Origin: an archaeon | GTDB lineage: Archaea > Nanobdellota > Nanobdellia > Woesearchaeales > GCA-2686295 | DNA length: 64,000 bases | Assembly: GCA_043822105.1 (NCBI GenBank) | Contig: JBDRCD010000010.1 | Span: forward strand, 86,685-150,684 | Reading direction: 5' to 3' | In this document: positions 1 through 9,077 of the stretch, one piece after another | How positions within the stretch are numbered: the first letter of the stretch is position 1 | Layout: every line of letters starts with the position of its first letter | Made by a program: the position numbers and the translations under genes | The notes under the pieces: model-generated | Database searches by the model: none | Told to the model about the DNA's origin: nothing | Seen by the model: the letters and a program-made list of their open reading frames with translations, nothing else

Positions 1-194
1 TCGACCTTTCGAACAAAGTCCTCCTTCAGTTCAGAAGCAATCTTAAGAATGACTCCCTTGCCGTCACCTTTATACTTATATAATTGCAGGAAAGCGCAGG
101 TTCCGTCAGGGTCATCGTCAAAGAAAAACAGAGGTCTCGCAGACTTGTCAAGAGCTTTTCTAATTTCCAAGATTTCTTTTTGAGTTAGAGCCAT
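1..194 (-). CDS. DHH-family phosphoesterase, N-terminal part (runs off the window)
   Basis: Manual minus-strand translation from ATG 194: MALTQKEILEIRKALDKSARPLFFFDDDPDGTCAFLQL; DxDxDG is DHH motif I. Confidence 0.7.
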   Translation of the reverse strand, partial: MALTQKEILEIRKALDKSARPLFFFDDDPDGTCAFLQLYKYKGDGKGVILKIASELKEDFVRKV

Positions 195-403
195 AAAATA
201 AAATAACATGGCTTGTTTCAAAAACTTTTTGGTTTTTCAAAAACTTTTGTTTTTGGAACATAGAAACTGAACTTTTCTGATTGTTTGAATTTGAAAAAAC
301 AAAGCTTTTTGCAATTTTTAAAAGTTTACTAAGTTTTAGCTAAAGAAAAGTTTATATACTAAATCTTTATCTTAAAAATAAAGTAATTGAGGGGTATACA
401 AAA

Positions 404-2341
404 ATGTTGGAATATTATATTATAGCAATCAGCGTTATTGCGCTTGTCTTTGCCATTTTTCAGGGAATTAAGGTAAAAAAATATGAACAAGGAACTGAAA
501 AGATGAAGGAGATTTCTGCAGCCATAAGAGAGGGTGCAATGGCCTTTCTCACAAGAGAGTATAAACTTCTCGTATTTTTTGTAGTGGCGGTTTTTCTAGT
601 CCTGTTTTTTATAATAGGAAAAGAAATATCCTATGCATTCTTGGCAGGAGCAATCATGTCAGCCGTTGCAGGCAATATTGGCATGAGGGTTGCAACTTCT
701 GCAAACGCAAGAACAGCCTATGCAGCTGACAAAAGTCTAAACAGAGGTTTGAATGTTGCATTTACCAGCGGAGTCGTCATGAGCATGACCGTTGTTGGTC
801 TTGGACTTCTGGGTGTGACTGTTCTTTACATGATTTTCAAGGACCCAAACATCATCTTTGGTTTTGGTTTCGGAGCATCAAGCATTGCACTTTTCGCAAG
901 AGTTGGTGGTGGAATCTACACAAAGGCAGCAGATGTTGGAGCTGACCTTGTTGGAAAGGTTGAAAAGGGAATTCCTGAGGACGACCCAAGAAACCCTGCA
1001 GTAATCGCAGACAATGTTGGAGACGTTGCAGGAATGGGTGCAGACCTTTTTGAAAGCTATGTTGATTCTATTATAGCAGCAATGGTTCTTGGAGTAATTG
1101 CCTTTGCATCAAAAGGAGCACTATTGCCACTAATCCTTGCGGGATTTGGAATTTTAGCATCAATTCTGGGAACCTTCTTTGTAAGAGCAAAAGGAACTAA
1201 CATTGGTTCAGCTTTAAACAGAGGAATGTTTGCAGCCTCAGCAATTATGATAGTGTTTTCATTCTTTGTGATAAAATACTATATGGGAAGCCTTGGACTA
1301 TTTTGGGCATCTCTGGCTGGACTTGTCTCAGGAGTTGTAATTGGTCTCTCAACTGAGTACTACACTTCTGCTGATAGAAAACCAGTAATTTCAATTGCAA
1401 AGGATGCACAGACAGGCGCTGCAACAGCCATCATCAGAGGACTTGGTGTTGGTATGATTAGCACAATTATACCTGTACTTGCGGTTTGTGGAGCAATTAT
1501 TCTAGCATTCTACTTTGGTGGACTCTATGGTATTGCAATCGCAGCAGTTGGTATGCTTTCAACACTCGGAATAACACTTGCAATGGATACCTATGGACCT
1601 GTGGCAGACAATGCAGCAGGCATTGCAGAGATGGCTGGAATGGATAAAAAAGCAAGAACCAGAGCAGAAGCTCTTGACGCAGTTGGAAACACAACAGCTG
1701 CAATCGGAAAAGGTTTTGCAATTGGTTCAGCGGCTCTAACTGCACTTGCACTGTTTGTAAGCTTTACAAAGGTTGCAGGCCTTGCAGTAATTGACGTTAG
1801 CGCACCTCTTGTAATAGTTGGATTGTTCATTGGAACACTTATGCCTTTTGTCTACAGCGCATTGACCATGAACGCTGTTGGAGCGGCTGCTTTCAAAATG
1901 ATTAATGAAGTCAGAAGCCAGTTTAAAAACATAAAAGGTCTAATGGAAGGAACTGCAAAACCTGACTACAAAAAATGCGTTGACATAAGTACAAAAGCAG
2001 CATTGCATGAAATGATACTTCCTGGATTGTTGGCAGTAATAATTCCTGTTTTGGTTGGAATTTTCCTTGGTGTGGAAGCACTTGGCGGACTACTTGTTGG
2101 AGTAACAGCCACAGGATTTTTAATGGCAGTATTCATGGCAAACGCAGGTGGTGCATGGGACAACGCAAAGAAATATATTGAAGCAGGACATCTTGGTGGA
2201 AAAGGCAGCGATACACATAAAGCAGCGGTCGTTGGAGACACAGTTGGAGACCCATTCAAAGATACAAGCGGACCAAGCCTAAACATATTAATCAAACTTA
2301 TGAGCATAGTAGCACTTGTATTTGTGCCACTGTTCTTGTAA
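404..2341 (+). CDS. hppA: Membrane-bound Na+/H+-translocating pyrophosphatase, probably K+-dependent
   Basis: [34 protein letters not shown] and [10 protein letters not shown] motifs; many TM helices. Confidence 0.95.
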   Translation: MLEYYIIAISVIALVFAIFQGIKVKKYEQGTEKMKEISAAIREGAMAFLTREYKLLVFFVVAVFLVLFFIIGKEISYAFLAGAIMSAVAGNIGMRVATSANARTAYAADKSLNRGLNVAFTSGVVMSMTVVGLGLLGVTVLYMIFKDPNIIFGFGFGASSIALFARVGGGIYTKAADVGADLVGKVEKGIPEDDPRNPAVIADNVGDVAGMGADLFESYVDSIIAAMVLGVIAFASKGALLPLILAGFGILASILGTFFVRAKGTNIGSALNRGMFAASAIMIVFSFFVIKYYMGSLGLFWASLAGLVSGVVIGLSTEYYTSADRKPVISIAKDAQTGAATAIIRGLGVGMISTIIPVLAVCGAIILAFYFGGLYGIAIAAVGMLSTLGITLAMDTYGPVADNAAGIAEMAGMDKKARTRAEALDAVGNTTAAIGKGFAIGSAALTALALFVSFTKVAGLAVIDVSAPLVIVGLFIGTLMPFVYSALTMNAVGAAAFKMINEVRSQFKNIKGLMEGTAKPDYKKCVDISTKAALHEMILPGLLAVIIPVLVGIFLGVEALGGLLVGVTATGFLMAVFMANAGGAWDNAKKYIEAGHLGGKGSDTHKAAVVGDTVGDPFKDTSGPSLNILIKLMSIVALVFVPLFL

Positions 2342-2429
2342 GTTAATTTTTTTTATTTTTTTCTTTCGCAATTTTTCCGTCTTTTTTTCCAATAAATTTA
2401 TAAATAATAACCATTACATTACAATTACT

Positions 2430-2687
2430 ATGGTGATGGAAACTTTACAGGTGAGATTGAGTGGGGGATTGCTTAAAACAATAGATGAGCTTGTGAAAGA
2501 AGGAATATATGCCAGTAGATCAGATGCGATTAGAGAGGCTGTGAGAGCTAAATTTTTCTGGCAAAGTCAAATTGGATTAATTCGTAATGATGGAAAAGAT
2601 TCTGTTAATGAAATCAGTCGGCTTAGAAAAAAATTATCTAAAGAAATTAATGATTATGAAGATATTCGAAAAATTAATTCTCTATGA
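2430..2687 (+). CDS. Ribbon-helix-helix (CopG/MetJ-like) antitoxin-like protein
   Basis: LQVRLSGGLLKTIDELVKEGIYASRSDAIREAVR is an RHH signature; start moved to ATG 2430 (or 2436). Confidence 0.8.
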   Translation: MVMETLQVRLSGGLLKTIDELVKEGIYASRSDAIREAVRAKFFWQSQIGLIRNDGKDSVNEISRLRKKLSKEINDYEDIRKINSL

Positions 2688-3105
2688 AATCCTCGGGTTT
2701 TCCAATTTCCACATTATATTGTTTCGCGATAGACACTAATTTTTTATCTCTTGTTATAAGAATTGAATTTGTTTTTTTTGCAAGTAAAAAATGTATTATG
2801 TCAAAGAAGCTTATTTCAAAATTTGTTTCAAATTCTATAATTCTTGCAAGTTCATATTCCTGTCTGGAAAGAAATGTTTTTTTGAAATGATTTTGACTGA
2901 ATATTTTTATTTGTTTCTTAAATTCTTTTTCAGTCAATTGAAAACTTAATTCTTTTAGAATAAAACCTGAGTAATGAATAGTTCCTTTGGTAACTTCAAC
3001 TTTTTCAAAGAAATCAGAGGTATATTTCCATAAAGAAATTCCTTTTCTCACTTCTTTTTTCCAAAGATTCAAATAAATACATGTGTCGATGTAATATTTG
3101 CTCAT
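2674..3105 (-). CDS. PIN-domain (VapC-like) ribonuclease
   Basis: YYIDTCIY at the N-terminus; SFFDIIH and LITRDKKL acidic PIN motifs. Confidence 0.85.
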   Translation of the reverse strand: MSKYYIDTCIYLNLWKKEVRKGISLWKYTSDFFEKVEVTKGTIHYSGFILKELSFQLTEKEFKKQIKIFSQNHFKKTFLSRQEYELARIIEFETNFEISFFDIIHFLLAKKTNSILITRDKKLVSIAKQYNVEIGKPEDFIEN

Positions 3106-3172
3106 AGAGATTATAATTAATAAAAATTGTTTATATGTTCTTTCTAAGAAATCTCGGAGAATTTTTGAATAA

Positions 3173-3829
3173 CTAAATACTAATCCTTCTTATCTGGTCT
3201 TTCCAGACATCAAAGACAATAAAGTTATCTGTGACTTTTTCGTTAACCAATGTTTTTAGTGTTTGAGAAACAATGACTCCTGCTGCAAGGTGTACGGTTG
3301 CATTGATTAATCCTTCATCTTTCATGGTTCCAATCTTTATCTTGTCAACGACATCTTTGAAAAGATATTTTTTATCACCTATGAAGATTGCTCCCTGTGA
3401 ACCCGCGTATTTGCAGTTTATGAGTGGTTTTTTCTTTTTTATGTAATTGCCGACTATTTCCATGGCTTCCATGTTGTTGGAACAGTCAATTATTACATCT
3501 GCAGCGTCAAGCAGAAACAGATTTTCTTTCATAAGGTCTTCATGAAATGTTTTTACAGTGTTTTTTGAATCAATTTCTTCCAAATGCTTTTTTATCTGTT
3601 TTGCTTTGAATTTATTATCATCTTCTTCTATGAACAAAGCCTGGCTTTGCAGATCAGGTATATCTATTCTTCCTTTGTCGACTATTCTTAGTTGAACTCC
3701 TTCTCTGTGAAGCATCTCTGCAACGACAGATCCAAGAGCTCCTGCTCCTATAATCATTACAGTCTTTTTTCTCATGTCAGGTCCCATTTCGCCTATTCCT
3801 GAGAATTTTTCTTGAAATTTATATCTCAT
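3173..3829 (-). CDS. ThiF/MoeB/E1-like adenylyltransferase family protein
   Basis: IIGAGALGS Rossmann motif, VDKGRIDIPDLQSQ and DVIIDC; lacks the Zn-binding CxxC pairs; start uncertain. Confidence 0.8.
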   Translation of the reverse strand: MRYKFQEKFSGIGEMGPDMRKKTVMIIGAGALGSVVAEMLHREGVQLRIVDKGRIDIPDLQSQALFIEEDDNKFKAKQIKKHLEEIDSKNTVKTFHEDLMKENLFLLDAADVIIDCSNNMEAMEIVGNYIKKKKPLINCKYAGSQGAIFIGDKKYLFKDVVDKIKIGTMKDEGLINATVHLAAGVIVSQTLKTLVNEKVTDNFIVFDVWKDQIRRISI

Positions 3830-3865
3830 TTTAGTAAAAAGTGAGTGGAGCCGCATATATAAAGT

Positions 3866-5101
3866 TTACCCTCTTGGATTAACAACTTTCCCCATAAATA
3901 GTATGCTTCCTGTTGATTTCTCCTGTATTATGAAGATGAATGGGTGATCTGCTTTGAAAATAGGGTACATTGGGCCTGCAGATGTTGCACCCATCATGAT
4001 TGCTGTTGCTGCAGCTGCTTCAGTTCCTTGTTCGTCGACTTCTACAAATGCTTTGTGGATAACTTTTGATATGAATAAGTCTTTAGTTCCATCCATTCCT
4101 GAAAAATCAGCTATGCCTTCAGAGAATGCTGTTGGCATTCCTAAGTTTATCATGTTTTCATTTAAACCATAGGTTGTTTCTAACTTAAACTTTGGAAAAT
4201 ACAAATCTACTCTTTGTTCTTCTAGCATGCTATTCCATACCGCCAAGTTGGCAGTATTTAGTGATTCTTCAAGAGCAGTTAAATCATCTTCTTTTGGAAG
4301 AAGAACTAACATTGAGACTTCTTTACTTTTATACTTCATCTCAAGTATCTGTAATTCATCTGTTTCAGCGTAATTGAACTTTGCATCACTGTCATCTTGA
4401 ACCATCATGTCTATTTTGATTTTGTTTTCAGGTGTTATTTTGAAGTTAGTTTCATATGTGTCTTTTGGTTCAAATTGCTTTATCCAGTCACCTTTGAAAT
4501 AAATAGCATTTGTTAGAACCATTTTGGTCATAGGATTTATTGCTGATTCAGGAACAAGATTCTTTATCTTGTTGTTTGTCTGATCTTCGACCCAATCATT
4601 TATTATTTTAGCGGATTTAGTACTCTTACTGAAATCAAGGTTAGTTGTTTTTCCACCATAATAATTCTCTATAGTGTTCAAATATTCTGGTAAAAACTCA
4701 TAATCTTTATTTGTCCACAACGCATTTGCAGTGCTTAGTTTGTATTCCTTGTCTTTTTTGTTTATTGTATTATATAAACTTGCAAAGGATGGTCTTCTGT
4801 CATCATCATTAGTTGAAAAGCCAAATACTTCTTCCATTTCTTTTGCAGTTTGTCCTTTTGCACCTTCATAAGTCATTGCAAAGGCTGTTGAAATGCTGTA
4901 GGGTGAGAAAAACAGGTTTTCTCCTTCTTTGTTTATCTCTTTGTACAGCTTAATTGCAAGCTCATTATTGTCTTGAATAACTCCGTTGACACCTTCGACA
5001 GTTGCATTATCGTCGTTAACAGTTATTGGATTTGGTGTGCTGCTACAGCTTATTAAAAATAAGCTAATAATAATTCCGAGTAATAGTATTTTTGTTTTCA
5101 T
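3866..5101 (-). CDS. Serpin with lipoprotein signal
   Basis: NLFFSPYSI, NAIYFKGDW, hinge EQGTEAAAAT, FKADHPFIF and LFMGKV; N-terminal LFLISC lipobox. Confidence 0.95.
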   Translation of the reverse strand: MKTKILLLGIIISLFLISCSSTPNPITVNDDNATVEGVNGVIQDNNELAIKLYKEINKEGENLFFSPYSISTAFAMTYEGAKGQTAKEMEEVFGFSTNDDDRRPSFASLYNTINKKDKEYKLSTANALWTNKDYEFLPEYLNTIENYYGGKTTNLDFSKSTKSAKIINDWVEDQTNNKIKNLVPESAINPMTKMVLTNAIYFKGDWIKQFEPKDTYETNFKITPENKIKIDMMVQDDSDAKFNYAETDELQILEMKYKSKEVSMLVLLPKEDDLTALEESLNTANLAVWNSMLEEQRVDLYFPKFKLETTYGLNENMINLGMPTAFSEGIADFSGMDGTKDLFISKVIHKAFVEVDEQGTEAAAATAIMMGATSAGPMYPIFKADHPFIFIIQEKSTGSILFMGKVVNPRG

Positions 5102-5198
5102 GGGTTTAGTAATGTATATTATGTATATAAATACTTTTAAGACTTTTAAATGAGTTGAAACTAATAATATTTTAATAGCCTTGTTTCTTCCTTTTATC

Positions 5199-6419
5199 AT
5201 GGTCAAACCTTCAAAGAAGAAAAACGAAGAACATCCTGTTCTGAAGAATGCTCATTTGTTCTATGAACGTATTAATGAGATGACTAAAAAACATAAAGAG
5301 CCGAAAGAAGACTTCTTTGGCGCAGCTCCAAATATCTTTGTCGGCAAGTATGGTTATCCCAATGTTAATGTTGGCATTCTTTCCAATGAAAATGTTACAG
5401 AGGACTATGATGACCCTCTTGTGTGGTATAATAAAAAGTTTGACATTCCTAAAATTGTTTCCATGAGAAGTTTTCTTATTAATTCCAACTTTAAGTCCAG
5501 AGTTAAATCTTTCGACGATCGGTTGATTGAGATGACTCAGGAGATTGGAATGGCTAAAAATCCTGTCGATGTTGAAGTAAATTTAAGCAAAAAGCCTCAT
5601 TACAAACTGGAAGTTGGAACCGACATTACTCCCTATGGACCAAGTGTAAAACTGAAAAAAGCCCAGATAACTGAGAATCCCAAGATTCCTCAGAAAGTTG
5701 ACAAAGTTGTTTCAGACACTGACCTGAAAGCCGTCGATGCAATTGATTATCTTCAGAAGAATGAGTTTGATGAGCATTATCTTACAAAGCTTCTTAGTGC
5801 AGGAACTCTCGGTATAAAACCACAGAGAAAACTTGTTCCAACAAGATGGTCAATAACTGCAGTTGATGATTCTCTTGGAAAACGAAACATTGCAAAGATA
5901 AAGGATTTTTCAAGTCAGATGGACTATTGTGTTTACTCTGGCGAGTACATGGGTAATTTCTATGTGATAATGTTTTTTCCGGATGTTTGGACTTATGAAT
6001 TGTTTGAGTCCTATATGCCTAACGATGCTTGGAAATTGAAAGAACTGAAAACATTTACTGATTTTGAGAATTATAATGGCAGAAAAGAATATGCTTACAA
6101 TACGGTTGGTGGATACTACGCCGCAAGACTTCCTGTTACAGAACTTTTGTTGAGAGAAAAAAGACAAGGTTCTGCTTTATTATTGAGATTCGTAACTGAT
6201 GACTATTGGGTTCCTCTTGGTGTTTGGGTTGTAAGACAAACTGTTAGAACAACACTGTCAAATAAACCAATAGAATTTTCTTCAAAAGAACTAATGTTAA
6301 AATATGTTTGGGCTCTACTTAAGAAGAAGTTTGGCTATGATGTTACTGGAATGCTAAATAATAGTAAACTACTCAAAGAAATTAAAACTCAAATGAAGAT
6401 TAATTCGTTTTTCTCGTAA
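5199..6419 (+). CDS. Nre family DNA repair protein (PCNA-interacting)
   Basis: FVGKYGYPNV, RKLVPTRWSITAVD, GGYYAAR and PLGVWVVR; C-terminal PIP box QMKINSFF. Confidence 0.9.
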   Translation: MVKPSKKKNEEHPVLKNAHLFYERINEMTKKHKEPKEDFFGAAPNIFVGKYGYPNVNVGILSNENVTEDYDDPLVWYNKKFDIPKIVSMRSFLINSNFKSRVKSFDDRLIEMTQEIGMAKNPVDVEVNLSKKPHYKLEVGTDITPYGPSVKLKKAQITENPKIPQKVDKVVSDTDLKAVDAIDYLQKNEFDEHYLTKLLSAGTLGIKPQRKLVPTRWSITAVDDSLGKRNIAKIKDFSSQMDYCVYSGEYMGNFYVIMFFPDVWTYELFESYMPNDAWKLKELKTFTDFENYNGRKEYAYNTVGGYYAARLPVTELLLREKRQGSALLLRFVTDDYWVPLGVWVVRQTVRTTLSNKPIEFSSKELMLKYVWALLKKKFGYDVTGMLNNSKLLKEIKTQMKINSFFS

Positions 6420-6499
6420 ACATTCCGAAAATTGTTTGAAATAATATTTAAACTTATTTCTGTGCAAAATAATAAACTTTATATAGAAAGGGATATTAA

Positions 6500-6736
6500 A
6501 TGATATCATTAGATATTACTAAGTGTGAATTGGAGTTCAAGCAGCACGTTTTTGAAAGAGCAAATGAAAGGGATATTGATTTAGAGGATATATATTCAAC
6601 GATTTGGAATGGAAAAATATCAAGGTTTGGAAAAAATTTTGTAAAATTTACAAAAAACTACAAAAATCAAAAACTGGTTTGTGTCGGAATCCTTAGAGGA
6701 ACTAGGTTAGAGATAATAACTGTATATAAAAAATGA
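6500..6736 (+). CDS. DUF4258/RelE-like putative toxin
   Basis: FKQHVFERANERDI...EIITVY pattern; 4-bp overlap with the next gene. Confidence 0.65.
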   Translation: MISLDITKCELEFKQHVFERANERDIDLEDIYSTIWNGKISRFGKNFVKFTKNYKNQKLVCVGILRGTRLEIITVYKK

Positions 6737-7029
6737 AAAAATGCAAAGACTGCGGAAGTAAACTTGTTGTGAAGGAAAAAAGGACAAAAGAAGGCCTTTC
6801 TTATAATTATTATAGTTGTAGATGTGGAAATGACTTTCTTGATATGAAGCAACTAGAAGAAGTTGCTGATAAATTTAGAGAAATGAAAAAACACAGAGCA
6901 AAGCTTTCTAGATGGGGAAAAAGTCTTGGAGTAAGAATCCCTAAGGATTTAGAAAGAGAATACTTTAGAGATAAAAAAGAAGTTGACTTTATTCCTGAGA
7001 AAGATTGTATAAAGATTATTCCTGTGTAA
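6733..7029 (+). CDS. Zn-ribbon plus AbrB/MazE DNA-binding protein (putative antitoxin)
   Basis: CKDC...CRCG followed by KLSRWGKSLGVRIPK (AbrB motif). Confidence 0.75.
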   Translation: MKKCKDCGSKLVVKEKRTKEGLSYNYYSCRCGNDFLDMKQLEEVADKFREMKKHRAKLSRWGKSLGVRIPKDLEREYFRDKKEVDFIPEKDCIKIIPV

Positions 7030-7038
7030 ACAAAACCT

Positions 7039-8706
7039 TTAAAATTTTTTCTTTGTTCTTTTAAATTCATGCCAAGATATGAACTTATTCTTTTTTTGTT
7101 CAGATAGCATGCATATTTTTGTTTGATTTTTTATGAATTCTAAAAACTCTTTTTTGTTAAATTCTAAATTGCTGCATTTGGTAGCTAGTTGTTGAAGTTT
7201 GATTCTACATTCTTGTCTTTGTTTTTTGTTGTAGTAACATTTCCTGTAACAGTTTGTCTTTTGATACCATTGCGAGTAGTATGTTAAACTCTTTTTAGAT
7301 TGTTTTCCTTTTTGATTTGCAAGTACACAGGCTATTTCATCATAGGAAATATTTTCATCATTAATTCTCTCCTTAATTTCTTTTAATTTGTCGTTTGGTG
7401 AATTAATATTCCTCAGTGTTGTTTTAATTTTATAGTTCGGCAGTATTTCCTTAAGTTTTATTTTATGATTCTCTATGAGAATAGCTAGATGTTGCCAAAT
7501 CGTTCCTACTTTTAAATTTCTTTGGTTTGCAATTTGTTCTATTGTTAGTCCTTTTATTAGTTGTTGTAACGTTTTTTGAGTGCTAAACTTAAATTTAGTG
7601 TCTTCTATTTTTTGGTTGAAGTTTTCATGTTTTTTTACTGAAGAAATAGTGGTTTCTTTTGTTTCTGAGAATTCTTTATTGAATTCTTTTGTTATTTTTC
7701 TTCTGTATTTGTACGTGTTTGCGTTGTTGCTGTATGCCAGATGTCCTTCAAAGCTTTCGATAATTTTTTCTCTGTCGATTACTCCTTTTTCGTATTCTAT
7801 TCTTAGTTTTTGTAGTTTGTGTTTGAATTTTCTTATGTTTCTTTGGTGTAGTAATTTGTGATGGTAGAATATTCTGAATCCTAGAAAGTTCACTCCTTGT
7901 TTTAGGGTTATGATTTTGGTTTTTTCTGGGTGTAATTCTAATTTTAGGTTTTGTTTCAAAAAGTTGTTAATTTGGATTTTTTGCTTTTCTAGTATTGTTT
8001 TTGTGTTGTTTAATATTACAAAGTCGTCAACGTAACGGATGTAGTATTTGGCTTTTAGTTGGTGTTTCAAATATTGATCTAACTCGTTTAAGTAAACATT
8101 AGCAAAGAACTGACTTGTGAGGTTTCCTAGTGGCATTCCTTGTCCTGGTTTTTTTGAATTATGATTTTCTAAGATTATCTTTATTAAGTTTATTATTTGT
8201 TTGTCTTTAATATTTTTTTCTAGTAATTTTAATAGTGTTTCGTGGTTTACATTTTCAAAATAATGCTTAATATCAGCTTTTAAAACGTGGCATTTTATAC
8301 TGTTGTTTTTTGAAACTTTTCTTTTGAAAAAATCAAATCTTTTGATAGCGTTTAACCCTCCTTTGCCTATCCTATTAGCATAACTATCATATATGAATGT
8401 TTTGTCAAATATTGGTTCTATAATGTTGCAGATTGCATGGTGAACTACTCTGTCTCTGAAATCTGACTTGCTGATTTTTCTGGTTTTAGGATCTCGTAGG
8501 ATAAATGTTTCTAAAGGTTTTGGCTTGTAGGTTTGAATTAATAATTCGAACCTAAGTTTGTTTAGATTTTCATTTAGGTTTTCTTCAAATTCTTCTACGT
8601 AGGGTTTGAGTGTTTTACCTCTTCGAGCTTTGGTAAACGCAAACTCCAAGTTTTCTTTAGAACATAGTCTTTCGTACGTTGTTTTTTTCTTGGGGAGCGA
8701 TGTCAT
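7039..8706 (-). CDS. DGR reverse transcriptase with C-terminal HTH_40-like extension
   Basis: RDRVVHHA, LKADIKHYF, GMPLGNLTSQFFANVYL, YIRYVDDF and FLGF motifs. Likely start is ATG 8706, because the longer ORF reads through TR. Confidence 0.93.
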   Translation of the reverse strand: MTSLPKKKTTYERLCSKENLEFAFTKARRGKTLKPYVEEFEENLNENLNKLRFELLIQTYKPKPLETFILRDPKTRKISKSDFRDRVVHHAICNIIEPIFDKTFIYDSYANRIGKGGLNAIKRFDFFKRKVSKNNSIKCHVLKADIKHYFENVNHETLLKLLEKNIKDKQIINLIKIILENHNSKKPGQGMPLGNLTSQFFANVYLNELDQYLKHQLKAKYYIRYVDDFVILNNTKTILEKQKIQINNFLKQNLKLELHPEKTKIITLKQGVNFLGFRIFYHHKLLHQRNIRKFKHKLQKLRIEYEKGVIDREKIIESFEGHLAYSNNANTYKYRRKITKEFNKEFSETKETTISSVKKHENFNQKIEDTKFKFSTQKTLQQLIKGLTIEQIANQRNLKVGTIWQHLAILIENHKIKLKEILPNYKIKTTLRNINSPNDKLKEIKERINDENISYDEIACVLANQKGKQSKKSLTYYSQWYQKTNCYRKCYYNKKQRQECRIKLQQLATKCSNLEFNKKEFLEFIKNQTKICMLSEQKKNKFISWHEFKRTKKKF

Positions 8707-8758
8707 TGGAGAATTGTTTTTTGAAAAAGATTGTCCCAGTATTGGTGGCTTGACTATT

Positions 8759-8841
8759 CCAACAAAAACCCCATTGTTATTGATGTTGTTATTATTACCA
8801 TTAACACCATTGTTGTTACGAAACAACGGACGCCCCACACA
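8759..8841 (-). repeat. DGR template repeat (TR)
   Basis: Eleven AAY codons (FRNNNGVNGNNNNINNNGVFVG); aligns without gaps to 9241-9323. Confidence 0.95.
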
Positions 8842-9077
8842 TGTAGCCCTTCCACTTAGTATTAGTCACCACCACTTCAATCGCTTGTCGTGGTTGAATT
8901 TTATAACAACACTAACGTGTTGAATGTCGCGCGAAACGTGACATAACAACATTGTTGCTTTAGTGAAAGGACGTGTAGTTCCAAGCCACTCCATTAATCT
9001 TTATCAAAAAGATTGATAAAGTAACTGGGACAAAAACAATACTAAAAGAAGAAGTATAAAAAATTATTGAAAAAAAT

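Noticed and set aside
7039-8706. Group II intron or retron RT
   Set aside because: The TR/VR pair and the SQ motif indicate a DGR; no intron domain V or msr/msd structure was seen
8707-8838. Asn-rich N-terminus of the RT as given by the ORF track
   Set aside because: This is the TR read in frame; RT-like sequence begins after ATG 8706
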